Assembly (NCBI GenBank): GCA_964524895.1
Contig: CAZGFG010000001.1
Span: forward strand, 54,936 to 118,935
Length of the DNA stretch: 64,000 bases
DNA from: an uncultured Gammaproteobacteria bacterium
GTDB taxonomy: Bacteria > Patescibacteriota > Microgenomatia > Daviesbacterales > UBA10151
Direction: 5' to 3'
Numbering within the stretch: position 1 is the stretch's first letter; each line of letters opens with the position of its first letter. The position numbers were made by a program, and so were the translations under genes. The notes beneath the pieces were generated by a model, which was given only the letters and a program-made list of their open reading frames with translations, was not told where the DNA came from and did no database searches. Shown here in pieces: positions 19,845 through 29,485 of this stretch.

Positions 19845-20624
19845 ATGAAAACCATTATTCTTTGTGGTGGAATCGGATATAGACTTAAAGAAGAAACTGA
19901 ATTTAAACCTAAGCCAATGGTCCTAATAGGAAATAAGCCCATCCTTTGGCATATAATGAAAATCTATTCTCACTACGGTTACAACGAATTCATCATAGCT
20001 TTAGGTTATAAGGGTGAATATATAAAAGATTATTTTTTAAATCAAAAATATTTCTTGGATAATTTCACGCTTTACACTAAGAGTGGATATACAAAACTGC
20101 ATAAGAATAAGCGGGATAATACCAGAGATGATTTTAAGATTACTTTTGTAGATACAGGACAAGATACCTTACCTGGAGAAAGAATATTGAGAGTGAGGAA
20201 CTTTATACCCGAAAATGATGAGAACTTCATGGTTACTTATGGGGATGGAGTATCTGACATTAATATAAATGAATTGGTTAAATATCACAAAAAACACGGT
20301 AACATCGGAACTATAGCTGGAGTTCATCCTAGAAGCAAATATGGACTTTTAAAAATTGATAGGGCATGTATTGTACAAAAGTTTGTTGAAAAACCAGTAT
20401 TAACCGAGTGGACAAGCGGAGGATTTATGGTCTTTAAAAGAGAGTTTTTTTCTTATCTCCGCAAAGGTGAATTTGAACATTTAGCCTTAAAAAGATTGAT
20501 CAGGAAAAAACAACTTTCTGTATATGTTCATAACGGTTTTTGGCACTCAATGGATACATATCCCGATGTTGACAACTTAAATAGGCTCTGGTTGGAGAAT
20601 CCTAGGTGGAAAGTTTGGAAATAA
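19845..20624 (+). CDS. rfbF: Glucose-1-phosphate cytidylyltransferase (CDP-glucose pyrophosphorylase).
   Basis: MKTIILCGGIGYRLKEETEFKPKPMV.IGNKPILWHIMKIYSHYGYNEFIIALGYKG closely matches the RfbF/DdhA N-terminal consensus (GGxGTRL...KPKPMV.IGG.PILWHIMK.Y). 259 aa. Confidence 0.85.
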   Translation: MKTIILCGGIGYRLKEETEFKPKPMVLIGNKPILWHIMKIYSHYGYNEFIIALGYKGEYIKDYFLNQKYFLDNFTLYTKSGYTKLHKNKRDNTRDDFKITFVDTGQDTLPGERILRVRNFIPENDENFMVTYGDGVSDININELVKYHKKHGNIGTIAGVHPRSKYGLLKIDRACIVQKFVEKPVLTEWTSGGFMVFKREFFSYLRKGEFEHLALKRLIRKKQLSVYVHNGFWHSMDTYPDVDNLNRLWLENPRWKVWK

Positions 20625-21587
20625 ATGAACTTAAACGGGGTTAATGTACTTGTAACTGGTGGTTGTGGTTTCATCGGCGGTCACCTTGTAGAAGAGTTAA
20701 TTGAAAAAGGCGCCAAGGTAACGGTCGTTGATATTAACTTAAATCCACAGTCTACTTTTGCCCTAAACAAGTTAGAAAATAAATCTGAATTAAAGTTTCT
20801 TGATATCCGTGATAGGATTAATGTCTTGCGTCTTTTCAAGCAAGTTCAACCTTCTTATGTCTTCCATTTAGCAGCACAACCTTTAGTAGAGGAAGCTTAT
20901 CTTAGCCCTTTTGTAAATTTTGAAACCAATATTATGGGAACCGTTAATGTTTTGGATGGAGTAAGTTTTGCCAGGAGTGTTAAGGGAATAATTGTTGCTT
21001 CATCAGATAAAGCATACGGTAAGAGTAAAAAAGCATACCAAGAAGATTTTCCTTTAAAGGGAGATCATCCCTATGATGTATCCAAATCTTCACAAGATTT
21101 GATTGCTCAAAGCTATTTTAGAACCTACGATTTACCAGTAGTAATTACCAGGTTTGGAAATGTTTATGGACAAGGAGATTTTCATTTCAGCCGAATAATT
21201 CCCGGAATCTGTGAAGCAATTATTAAGAATAAGCCCCTTTTGGTAAGAAGTAATGGGAGATATATCAGAGATTACATTTATGTTAAAGATGTTGTTAACG
21301 GATATATATTCTTACTGAAGAATATTGATAGATTAAAGGGCAACGCTTTTAATTTTTCTTCTAAAGACGGCTTGTCAGTTATTAATCTTATCAAGCTAGT
21401 TGAAAAGATATTAAGAGTAAAAATACCTTATAAGATCCTAAATACTGCTCAAAACGAGATTCCTTATCAACATTTAGACGATAGAAAAATAAGAAGAATT
21501 CGTTGGAAACCAAATTATACAATCGAAAACACATTCCCTAAAGTACTTGCTTGGTATAACGAAAACGGTATTTTCCGATTAACCTAA
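20625..21587 (+). CDS. NAD-dependent sugar-nucleotide 4,6-dehydratase, probably CDP-glucose 4,6-dehydratase (RfbG/DdhB-like).
   Basis: VLVTGGCGFIGGHL Rossmann motif and catalytic SSDKAYGKS (S/T-D-K-x-Y). It is directly downstream of rfbF with a 0 nt gap. Confidence 0.6.
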   Translation: MNLNGVNVLVTGGCGFIGGHLVEELIEKGAKVTVVDINLNPQSTFALNKLENKSELKFLDIRDRINVLRLFKQVQPSYVFHLAAQPLVEEAYLSPFVNFETNIMGTVNVLDGVSFARSVKGIIVASSDKAYGKSKKAYQEDFPLKGDHPYDVSKSSQDLIAQSYFRTYDLPVVITRFGNVYGQGDFHFSRIIPGICEAIIKNKPLLVRSNGRYIRDYIYVKDVVNGYIFLLKNIDRLKGNAFNFSSKDGLSVINLIKLVEKILRVKIPYKILNTAQNEIPYQHLDDRKIRRIRWKPNYTIENTFPKVLAWYNENGIFRLT

Positions 21588-21589
21588 TA

Positions 21590-22819
21590 TTAATTTATAG
21601 AGAGTACGGGCATTTTATCTTTTACCTTCTTGTGGAGTTTCCTTTTTAGTCTTTTACTAATACTTTTATTTATTTCATTCCCTACCAATGCATCACTCAC
21701 TGATTCCGTAGAATTTACAGAAGGAATATCTTCTGTAGCAGCTAATCCTCTCTCATAGATATGCTTCTTTAAATTTTCATCGTAAGCATAAGGATTTTCT
21801 ATCATATCAATTAAAATTGGCTGATCTTTTTTGCAAGGTTTTATTAAAATTTCCCCCTCCATAAATTCTCGGCAGGATACATGTCCTTTTTGTAAAGGAA
21901 TCGCTAAATAGATATCATCAACGGTCAAATGGTGTCCTTTTTGTAGATTTCTTTTTGCATATACCCCACGCACTAAAGAATCCAAATATTGAGCTTCTCT
22001 AACTGTGATTACTCTCTTTGTATCTCCACCGCCCCCGCACATCTCTTTTGCCTTGTGAAAAGCCTTTAGCCAAGTATCTATCTGGCTAGGTAACGAGCAG
22101 TATTTAGATACAGGAACTCCGTCTTTATCAATATCAATGTGTCTCTCAAATGTTCTTGCCCCTTTTGCATAGGCAATTAACATAGAATACTCCCAGTTAT
22201 TATATTCATGGGTTGAAAAACCAATAGTATGACCTGGGTATCTATTTTTAAGAAAATCTATTTGATTAAGCTCCAGTTCACGGTCTTCAGAAGGATATAG
22301 AGATACACAATGATTAAGTGCTAAAGGGATATTCCTTTGCTCAAAAAATGTTACTAAATCATCAATATCTTTTAAAGAAGATCCTCCCGTTGAAGCAATG
22401 ATAGGTTTTCTGGCTTTTGCAATTGCTTCAATGAGAGGCCAATCGTTTACGTCCGAACTGGCAATCTTAATAATTGGTAGATTTAATTGGGCGCACAACT
22501 TTACCGATTCTTCGTCAAATGGTGTAGCCATTGGAATGCATGAACTTTTCCTGATTGCATCTACAAGAACCGCAAAGTCATTTTCTGACATTCTTGTGGC
22601 CAGTGTTTTTCCTATATATCTTATATCTGTTCTATGTCGGAAATCTTTGTGTATAAACCTATCCACATCTCTGAATTGGAGTTTTATGGCAGCTCGTACG
22701 TTATTAAATCGAACTATTTTGGCGTAATCACTGACTATCTGAAGACCTCTTTTTATATTCCCCCAGTGATTGTTTGCGAGTTCTAAAACAACCAGTTCTT
22801 CAAAAATATCTCTGTTCAT
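21590..22819 (-). CDS. NeuB-family synthase (sialic/pseudaminic/legionaminic acid synthase-like) with a lysine-rich C-terminal extension.
   Basis: Aligns block-wise with NeuB: [11 protein letters not shown] (ICEIGINHEG), AIKLQ (VVKHQ), MATPFD (ISTPFS), [40 protein letters not shown] and GFSTHE. 409 aa with a tail [14 protein letters not shown]. Confidence 0.7.
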   Translation of the reverse strand: MNRDIFEELVVLELANNHWGNIKRGLQIVSDYAKIVRFNNVRAAIKLQFRDVDRFIHKDFRHRTDIRYIGKTLATRMSENDFAVLVDAIRKSSCIPMATPFDEESVKLCAQLNLPIIKIASSDVNDWPLIEAIAKARKPIIASTGGSSLKDIDDLVTFFEQRNIPLALNHCVSLYPSEDRELELNQIDFLKNRYPGHTIGFSTHEYNNWEYSMLIAYAKGARTFERHIDIDKDGVPVSKYCSLPSQIDTWLKAFHKAKEMCGGGGDTKRVITVREAQYLDSLVRGVYAKRNLQKGHHLTVDDIYLAIPLQKGHVSCREFMEGEILIKPCKKDQPILIDMIENPYAYDENLKKHIYERGLAATEDIPSVNSTESVSDALVGNEINKSISKRLKRKLHKKVKDKMPVLSIN

Positions 22820-22893
22820 ACTCCTAGAAATAAATCTTACATAATTCTAATCCCTACTCCTTAGCCTGTCAATATTATATACTATCGCAGCTT

Positions 22894-23979
22894 ATGAGTA
22901 TCAACAAAATTAATATTAATTCCAGTAGAAAAATCTACCGTGTCGAATTTAAAAATGACATCTATAGTACTCTTAATAGACTGACAAAAAAGTATGTTAC
23001 CCATTTTTTAATAGACAAAAACGTATATAATACACATCGGTCAATCCTGGATCATTCTACAACATCTGCCCATTCTACTTACATTTTTGAACCCTTGGAG
23101 AAGAAAAAAAACCTCAATGAAGTTTATAAATTTATTGATTTTCTACTTACAAACAAAATTCAAAAAGATCATAAGATAATTGTTGTAGGTGGCGCATTAG
23201 TCCAAGATATTGGCTCCTTTACATCGCACATTATACTTAGAGGCATAGATTGGATTTTTATTCCAACAACTCTATTAGCAATGGCTGATAGCTGTATAGG
23301 TTCAAAATCAGGAATTAATGTAAAGAGGCTTAAAAATCAAGTTGGATCTTTTCATCACCCCATTGATATATACATCTGCTTACCTTTTCTCAAAACTTTA
23401 CCTCAAAGTGAATTAGCTAATGGAATTGGGGAAATAATAAAGCATTTTTTTATCAAAGGAGAACCATTTTTTTCTGATATAGGAGATGAGCTGGATAAAA
23501 TGGGTAAAGATATACAAGTCACCCGAGAAATTATTTACAAAAGTCTACTGATAAAAAAAGATATTATAGAAAAAGACGAATATGAAGAAAAAGGAATTAG
23601 AAAGCTATTGAATTACGGACATACCTTTGGGCATGCCCTTGAAGGATATTCGAAAAATAGAATCTCTCACGGAGTAGCTGTCTTGAATGGAATGGATATG
23701 GCAAATTTTATCTCTTTCAAAAGAGGTCTCTTGCCGAGAAATGAATTTTTAAGATTTCATAAATTCGTAAAAAAATATATTCCTTACAAACAAATTCCGA
23801 TTAAAGATGTTAATCTGTATCTTGAATTTTTATCAAAAGATAAAAAAGCAGTTGGATCTAGTATATATGCGATATTGTGTAAAGGACTTGGAAATATCAT
23901 GATTGCTAAAATAGATCTGGATAAAAAGATTGTCAGAGATATAACAGAATACCGCGAATTCTACAGTCAAGGGAAATAA
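22894..23979 (+). CDS. 3-dehydroquinate synthase-like sugar-phosphate cyclase (DHQS superfamily).
   Basis: GGALVQDIGSF...IPTTLLAMADSCIGSKSGIN...GSFHHP, LKTLPQSELANGIGEIIKH, LLNYGHTFGHALE and HGVAVLNGM match the DHQS metal- and NAD-site blocks. 361 aa. Confidence 0.75.
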   Translation: MSINKININSSRKIYRVEFKNDIYSTLNRLTKKYVTHFLIDKNVYNTHRSILDHSTTSAHSTYIFEPLEKKKNLNEVYKFIDFLLTNKIQKDHKIIVVGGALVQDIGSFTSHIILRGIDWIFIPTTLLAMADSCIGSKSGINVKRLKNQVGSFHHPIDIYICLPFLKTLPQSELANGIGEIIKHFFIKGEPFFSDIGDELDKMGKDIQVTREIIYKSLLIKKDIIEKDEYEEKGIRKLLNYGHTFGHALEGYSKNRISHGVAVLNGMDMANFISFKRGLLPRNEFLRFHKFVKKYIPYKQIPIKDVNLYLEFLSKDKKAVGSSIYAILCKGLGNIMIAKIDLDKKIVRDITEYREFYSQGK

Positions 23980-23988
23980 GCAAAATAA

Positions 23989-25419
23989 ATGAGTTGTTTT
24001 ATCGGGATAGATTTAGGGGCAAGTTTTATCAAAGGCGCCCTCTTTGATATTGATAAATTAGAGATTTCCAATATTATTAAATTCTCTTCTCCTCAACCAA
24101 AGATTTACTCAAAAGAACCACCATTTTTAAGATTTGAAACTAACCCAAGTTCTTACGAAAAAATAGTTAAGCTTCTGATTAATAGATATTTGAAACAGGC
24201 TGATGATATTAGGGGGATTGTTTTCTCAACCCAAATGCACGGAATGGTGCTTATAGATTCAAAGTTAGCCCCAATAACTACATTCATTGGATGGCAAGAT
24301 GAAAGATTGCTGGAAAAATCTCCTATTAAGTCTAAAACCTGGGCCGACTTATTAAATTCTCGGATCAAAGGTATTGATTCTTCATCAACTGGAATAAAAT
24401 TAAAATCAGGACTTATGGGAAGTACGCTCTTTTGGCTAAAAGAAAACCAGGCATTAAAAAAATACAAGAATGTCAAAGCTTTGTTTTTAGGCGATTATAT
24501 AGCTGCGAGATTATCAAAAGGGGAAGCTTTTGTTGATGCCACTAATGCATGTGGCTCTGGCATCTTCGATGTTGAAAACGGCAAATGGCATATGGGTCTT
24601 CTTAAAAAAATAGGTATTGATACCTCGTATTTACCCACCATTGTCCCTACTGGTAGCATAATAGGGTACATGAAAATACTCAACAGAAAGATTCCAGTTT
24701 ATGCGTCAGTTGGTGATTTACAATCAGCTGTTTTAGGGAGCTTTGCGGGAATTACTAACAAAGAAGATATTTGCATTAATATTGGAACTGGGTCTCAGGT
24801 TTCATATGTATCTAAAAAATTTGATAATGGAAACTATGATATCAGATCCTATTTTGATAATACATACCTTTATACAATCACCAACATCCCAGCCGGCAGA
24901 GCACTTAATGTACTCGTAAAATTTATAGAAGAAATTGGGCATGAAATATTTGGTACCAAAAAACAGGTAGATCTTTGGGCGAAAATAGGTCAATTATTAG
25001 AAAATAAAAATAGACATAGCCAGTTAAAAGCTGATCTTGCATTTTTCAAGAATAACTTCACTGGACTAACAACTGGTAGTTTTACAAATATAACAGAAGA
25101 TAATTGGACTCTGGTAAATATGTTTGTATCAGCTTTTGAGTGTATGGCTGCAAACTATAAAATTGCCTATGATCGACTGCGAAAAAATAATCTTAAGGGC
25201 AGAATAATTTTTTCTGGCGGTCTTGCGAGGAAGTTCCCACTGTTAAGAATTATAACAAAAGAAAAGCTCAAAAAAGGATCGCGTCTGGCACCTTATGATG
25301 AAGAAGCACTTACGGGTCTTTTTATTATTTCTCTTTTTATCGCCAAAAAAACTAGGAACATCAAGGAAGCTACTTTACATTGTAAAAATCACAATATCAC
25401 ATATAAGAAGCCTGCATGA
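23989..25419 (+). CDS. FGGY-family carbohydrate kinase (ASKHA fold).
   Basis: N-terminal IGIDLGASFIKGALFD phosphate-1 motif and IGWQDER (W.D.R FGGY signature). 476 aa. Confidence 0.7.
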   Translation: MSCFIGIDLGASFIKGALFDIDKLEISNIIKFSSPQPKIYSKEPPFLRFETNPSSYEKIVKLLINRYLKQADDIRGIVFSTQMHGMVLIDSKLAPITTFIGWQDERLLEKSPIKSKTWADLLNSRIKGIDSSSTGIKLKSGLMGSTLFWLKENQALKKYKNVKALFLGDYIAARLSKGEAFVDATNACGSGIFDVENGKWHMGLLKKIGIDTSYLPTIVPTGSIIGYMKILNRKIPVYASVGDLQSAVLGSFAGITNKEDICINIGTGSQVSYVSKKFDNGNYDIRSYFDNTYLYTITNIPAGRALNVLVKFIEEIGHEIFGTKKQVDLWAKIGQLLENKNRHSQLKADLAFFKNNFTGLTTGSFTNITEDNWTLVNMFVSAFECMAANYKIAYDRLRKNNLKGRIIFSGGLARKFPLLRIITKEKLKKGSRLAPYDEEALTGLFIISLFIAKKTRNIKEATLHCKNHNITYKKPA

Positions 25420-26075
25420 ACCGAAGAAAAAACCTAAACAATATTAATACTGTACTTTTTGATGTCGATGGAACCCTCTTAAATACAACTGAATTTATCT
25501 TTCAGTCATATGAAAATACCTTCAGGAAGTTCAATCTGCCTCGCATAAGCAGAGGAGAAATAGCCAATCTGATGGGGAAACCCCTTGAAGAGTGCTACAA
25601 ATACCTGGCACCATCTTTCCCGCTAAAGATCCTTTGCAAAACACACCTGACTTTTCAACTGGAAAATCTACAGTTAATAGCACCTTATGTGAATACTAAA
25701 TCTACTCTGCAAAATCTCAAAAAAAACCATATTAGAATCGGAGCTGTTACTACAAGATCAAACCTAACTTCAATAAAATCATTACAAATTACTGGAATTC
25801 ATAGTTTTTTTGATGTTGTAATCTCCGGAGATGATGTTAAGTACCATAAACCTCATTCTGAACCACTTCTCAAGGCTTTAGGAATCCTCAAGGCGGAAAA
25901 GGGAAAAGCTGTAATGGTAGGAGATACGGAGAGTGATATTTTGGCAGGGAAAAACGCAGGAGTACTCACAATAGGGGTAACATATGGCTTCCATAAAGAG
26001 AAAATAGTTGACGCAAATCCAGATTTTACCCTAAATGATGTTTCAGAGATTTTACAGTTGCTTAGCAGAACCTAG
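25416..26075 (+). CDS. HAD-superfamily phosphatase.
   Basis: Motif I LFDVDGTLL, motif III K..., motif IV MVGDTESD. 219 aa. ATGA overlap with the kinase. Confidence 0.8.
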   Translation: MNRRKNLNNINTVLFDVDGTLLNTTEFIFQSYENTFRKFNLPRISRGEIANLMGKPLEECYKYLAPSFPLKILCKTHLTFQLENLQLIAPYVNTKSTLQNLKKNHIRIGAVTTRSNLTSIKSLQITGIHSFFDVVISGDDVKYHKPHSEPLLKALGILKAEKGKAVMVGDTESDILAGKNAGVLTIGVTYGFHKEKIVDANPDFTLNDVSEILQLLSRT

Positions 26076-26130
26076 GGATCTAAACAATTAGTTGACATCG
26101 TAATAAACTTGTCTATTATATGCTGGTAGT

Positions 26131-27960
26131 ATGGCGAATATGGTAAAAATTGGCGATTACTTAATGGATTTTCTATACCATCAAGGTTTAAGCGACCTTT
26201 TTGTTATCTCTGGAGGAGGTAACATTCATTTAATTGATTCCCTTGGAAGAAGTAAATTAAACTATATCTGTAATCACCACGAACAAGCTTGTGCTACAGC
26301 AGCTGAAGGATATTCTAGGGTTACGGGAAATTTTGGTGCTTGTCTCGTGACAACTGGCCCTGGCGGAACTAATGCCGTCACAGGAGTCTTGGGAGCTTGG
26401 CTTGACTCCATCCCTATGCTTGTTATTTCAGGACAAGTCAGGCGAAACCTCATCGAAACTGGAGCAAAATCTGGCGTCAGACAGATGGGAGTCCAGGAAA
26501 TAAATATCATAGATATCGTAAAAAATATAACAAAATACGCCGTTACTGTTATGGATCCACTAACAATTAGATATCACCTAGAAAAAGCTTTATATCTAGC
26601 AAAGCTGGGAAGACCAGGCCCTGTATGGTTAGATATTCCCTTGGATGTCCAGGGATCTTTGATTAAGGTAGGGAAACTTAGATCATTTAAGCCGTCAGAA
26701 ATCGTTCCACCTTTCGAAACAGAGGAAACGAAACTCAGAAAGCTAGTTTCTCAAGCTATCAACAAAATAGAACAATCAAGGCGTCCGGTACTCTATGTAG
26801 GTAACGGAATAAGACTTGCTCATGCAGAACAAGAATTATCAGAACTGGCAGATATTTTAAAAATCCCAATCTTCACCAGCTATGTAGGTTACGACCTTAT
26901 ACCGTCTTCTCATCCTTATTTTTTTGGCAGATCTCATTACTTAGGTCAAAGAGCGGCAAATTTTATTGTACAAAATAGTGATCTTTTTCTCTCGATTGGT
27001 GCACGACTTGATCTTCTTACGACTGGGTACACATATAAGGCTTTTGCCAGGCAGGCTTATAAAATAATGGTTGATATAGATAAAAACGAGATAGAAAAAC
27101 CAATTTTGGGTATTGATCTTCCTATAAACTACGATGCAAAAACATTTATTGAAGAGATGAAAAAACAGCTGAAGCAGGGTTTTAAAAGACCGGATATTTA
27201 TGAATGGTTAAGCTACGGGAAAAAGCTTATTAAGAAATACCCAAATATCTCTCCGAAATTTTGGCAAGAGAAAAAATATGTAAATCCATATTGTTTTATT
27301 GAAACGATAGGAAAGATGCTCCGACCAAATGAGATAATAGTTGTATCCGACGGAATGGGACCATTAAATTGCATGTATCAGGCATTTTATGTAAAAAAAG
27401 GGCAACGAATTATTTTAAATCTGGGCAGTGCACAAATGGGGTATGGATTACCTGCTGCAGTTGGGGCGTCTTTTGCCACGAGGAAGAAAAAAAGGATAAT
27501 CTGTTTTGAAGGTGATGGGAGCATCCAACTTAATATTCAAGAACTCCAAACAATAAAGCATCACAATTTACCAATTAAAATCTTTGTTTATAGTAACGAC
27601 GGCTATCAGTCAATTAGAAATACCCAGGATGGTCTTTTTGAAGGCAGATACTTTGCTTCCAATGCTGCAAGCGGAGTGAGTTGCCCCGATTTTCTAAAAG
27701 TAGGAAAAGCATATGGTATTAAAACCGTTAGAATTAACAATCATCAAGAAATGGAAGAAAAGATAAAATATGTACTTTCCTATGAAGGTCCCATGTTGTG
27801 TGACATAAATACTGTACGCAACCTACATTTAACCCCAAGGGTTCAAACGAAAAAAAGACCAGACGGAAGTTTATATTCCCCACCATTAGAAGAAATGTGG
27901 CCGCCTCTTTCTGATGAAGAACAAAAGGAAAATATGCTCATTCCTGATTGGGAGGAATAA
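26131..27960 (+). CDS. Thiamine-diphosphate enzyme of the acetolactate-synthase-like family, possibly a YerE-like sugar C-branching enzyme.
   Basis: N-terminal Pyr domain VTTGPGGTNAVTGVLGAWLDSIPMLVISGQV, a middle FAD-like domain, and C-terminal ThDP motif GDGS...SNDGY. 609 aa. Confidence 0.8.
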   Translation: MANMVKIGDYLMDFLYHQGLSDLFVISGGGNIHLIDSLGRSKLNYICNHHEQACATAAEGYSRVTGNFGACLVTTGPGGTNAVTGVLGAWLDSIPMLVISGQVRRNLIETGAKSGVRQMGVQEINIIDIVKNITKYAVTVMDPLTIRYHLEKALYLAKLGRPGPVWLDIPLDVQGSLIKVGKLRSFKPSEIVPPFETEETKLRKLVSQAINKIEQSRRPVLYVGNGIRLAHAEQELSELADILKIPIFTSYVGYDLIPSSHPYFFGRSHYLGQRAANFIVQNSDLFLSIGARLDLLTTGYTYKAFARQAYKIMVDIDKNEIEKPILGIDLPINYDAKTFIEEMKKQLKQGFKRPDIYEWLSYGKKLIKKYPNISPKFWQEKKYVNPYCFIETIGKMLRPNEIIVVSDGMGPLNCMYQAFYVKKGQRIILNLGSAQMGYGLPAAVGASFATRKKKRIICFEGDGSIQLNIQELQTIKHHNLPIKIFVYSNDGYQSIRNTQDGLFEGRYFASNAASGVSCPDFLKVGKAYGIKTVRINNHQEMEEKIKYVLSYEGPMLCDINTVRNLHLTPRVQTKKRPDGSLYSPPLEEMWPPLSDEEQKENMLIPDWEE

Positions 27961-28826
27961 TGAAGATACTTTTAACAGGATCCACCGGATATATAGGCAG
28001 AAACCTTACCGAAAATTTAAGCAATAAATACACCATCTTTTCACTTTCTCATAAACAGCTTGATTTGTTAAATTCTGAAGAAGTTGATAAATTTTTTAGA
28101 AAACAATGGTTCGATGTCGTAATTCATTGTGCAGTTACTGGAGGCAGTAGAATCGAAGAAGGTTTTGAAAATTCACTTTACCAAAATCTAAAAATTTTCT
28201 TTAATATCCTTAGAAATATCAACCATTTTGGGAGGATGATCAATTGTGGTTCGGGAGCAGAATACGATAAGAGTCGTTCTTTAAAAAAAGTTAAAGAAAA
28301 ACATTTTGACAAGAGGATACCGGAGGACGAGTATGGTTTTTTTAAGTATATATGCTCAAAATATATTGAGCGATCAAATAATATTACCAACCTGCGTGTC
28401 TTTGGTCTTTTTGGAAAATATGAGGATTACAGATACCGATTTATTTCTAATGCTATTTGTAGAAATATTTTTAATCTTCCGATTATCCTAAATAAAAATG
28501 TATATTTTGACTATCTATACATTGACGATTTTATTAATATAGTAGATTATTTTATTAACCATAAAGGCAAGTACACATCTTATAACGTGGGTCGTGGTAA
28601 ATCAATTAGTATTTTAAGTATTGCAAGGCAAATAAACCAAATAGCAAAAAGGAAATCTAAAATTATTATAAGAAATAAAGGACTAAATCATGAATATACG
28701 TGCAATAATTTAAGACTAATAAAAGAGTTGAGAAGATTTGAATTTACTAATTTTGACATAGCACTTCACAAGCTTTACACTTGGTACCAAGAAAATAAGG
28801 AGTTAATAAATATAAAATATCTATGA
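27948..28826 (+). CDS. NAD-dependent epimerase/reductase (short extended SDR, 292 aa), RfbS/RfbJ-size.
   Basis: ILLTGSTGYIGRNL Rossmann motif and a size typical of CDP-paratose/abequose synthases. It overlaps the upstream gene. Confidence 0.65.
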   Translation: MGGIMKILLTGSTGYIGRNLTENLSNKYTIFSLSHKQLDLLNSEEVDKFFRKQWFDVVIHCAVTGGSRIEEGFENSLYQNLKIFFNILRNINHFGRMINCGSGAEYDKSRSLKKVKEKHFDKRIPEDEYGFFKYICSKYIERSNNITNLRVFGLFGKYEDYRYRFISNAICRNIFNLPIILNKNVYFDYLYIDDFINIVDYFINHKGKYTSYNVGRGKSISILSIARQINQIAKRKSKIIIRNKGLNHEYTCNNLRLIKELRRFEFTNFDIALHKLYTWYQENKELINIKYL

Positions 28827-29485
28827 AAAAAACAGTTCTCCTTACCGGAGCTTCTCGAGGAATAGGCCAAGCTATAGCAGACCAATTAAAAAATAGATTT
28901 AAGCTTCTCTCTCCTGCCAGGGAAGAGCTTGATTTAAGTAATGATGCTTCAATAGAAAACTTTATAGAAAAAAATAAGGATTTAAAAGTAGATGTTATTA
29001 TAAATAATGCAGGGGTAAACTTTCCTCAATGGGTAGAAGAAATAACGGACAAAAATATCCGCGAAACATTCCAAGTAAATTTAATTGCACCTATAAAGCT
29101 CATCCAAGGTTTTGTTCATAATATGAAGCGAAATAAATGGGGAAGAATTGTCAATATTAGCTCTGCTTTTGGGGTAGTTGCAAGAGGTAAACAAGTGTTA
29201 TATGTTTCGACAAAACATGGAATTAACGGTGCGACAAAAGCTTTAGCTTTGGAGCTTGCTCCTTATAATATCCTTGTAAATTCTGTATGCCCTGGATTTA
29301 CCAGAACGGATTTAGTATTAAGAAACCCTTCAGAAAAAATTAAAGTTATTGAGCAAGATATTCCACTTGGCAGACTCGCTTATCCAAGCGAAATAGCCAA
29401 TCTTGTAGAATTTTTGATTTCCGATAAAAATACTTATATTACCGGTTCCTACATTGTTATAGATGGAGGGTTTACTTGTAAGTAA
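28823..29485 (+). CDS. Classical short-chain dehydrogenase/reductase (SDR).
   Basis: TGASRGIG cofactor motif, NNAG, and catalytic S...YVSTK (YxxxK). Confidence 0.8.
   Translation: MKKTVLLTGASRGIGQAIADQLKNRFKLLSPAREELDLSNDASIENFIEKNKDLKVDVIINNAGVNFPQWVEEITDKNIRETFQVNLIAPIKLIQGFVHNMKRNKWGRIVNISSAFGVVARGKQVLYVSTKHGINGATKALALELAPYNILVNSVCPGFTRTDLVLRNPSEKIKVIEQDIPLGRLAYPSEIANLVEFLISDKNTYITGSYIVIDGGFTCK

Noticed and set aside
22894-23979. Reading the DHQS-like gene as housekeeping aroB
   Set aside because: This was not fully rejected. The operon context (kinase, HAD phosphatase, ThDP enzyme, SDRs, GT2, 3-dehydrase) and the absence of other shikimate genes in 64 kb argue for a sugar-cyclase role. 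Sequence motifs alone cannot distinguish AroB from EEVS/DDGS/DOIS without an alignment.
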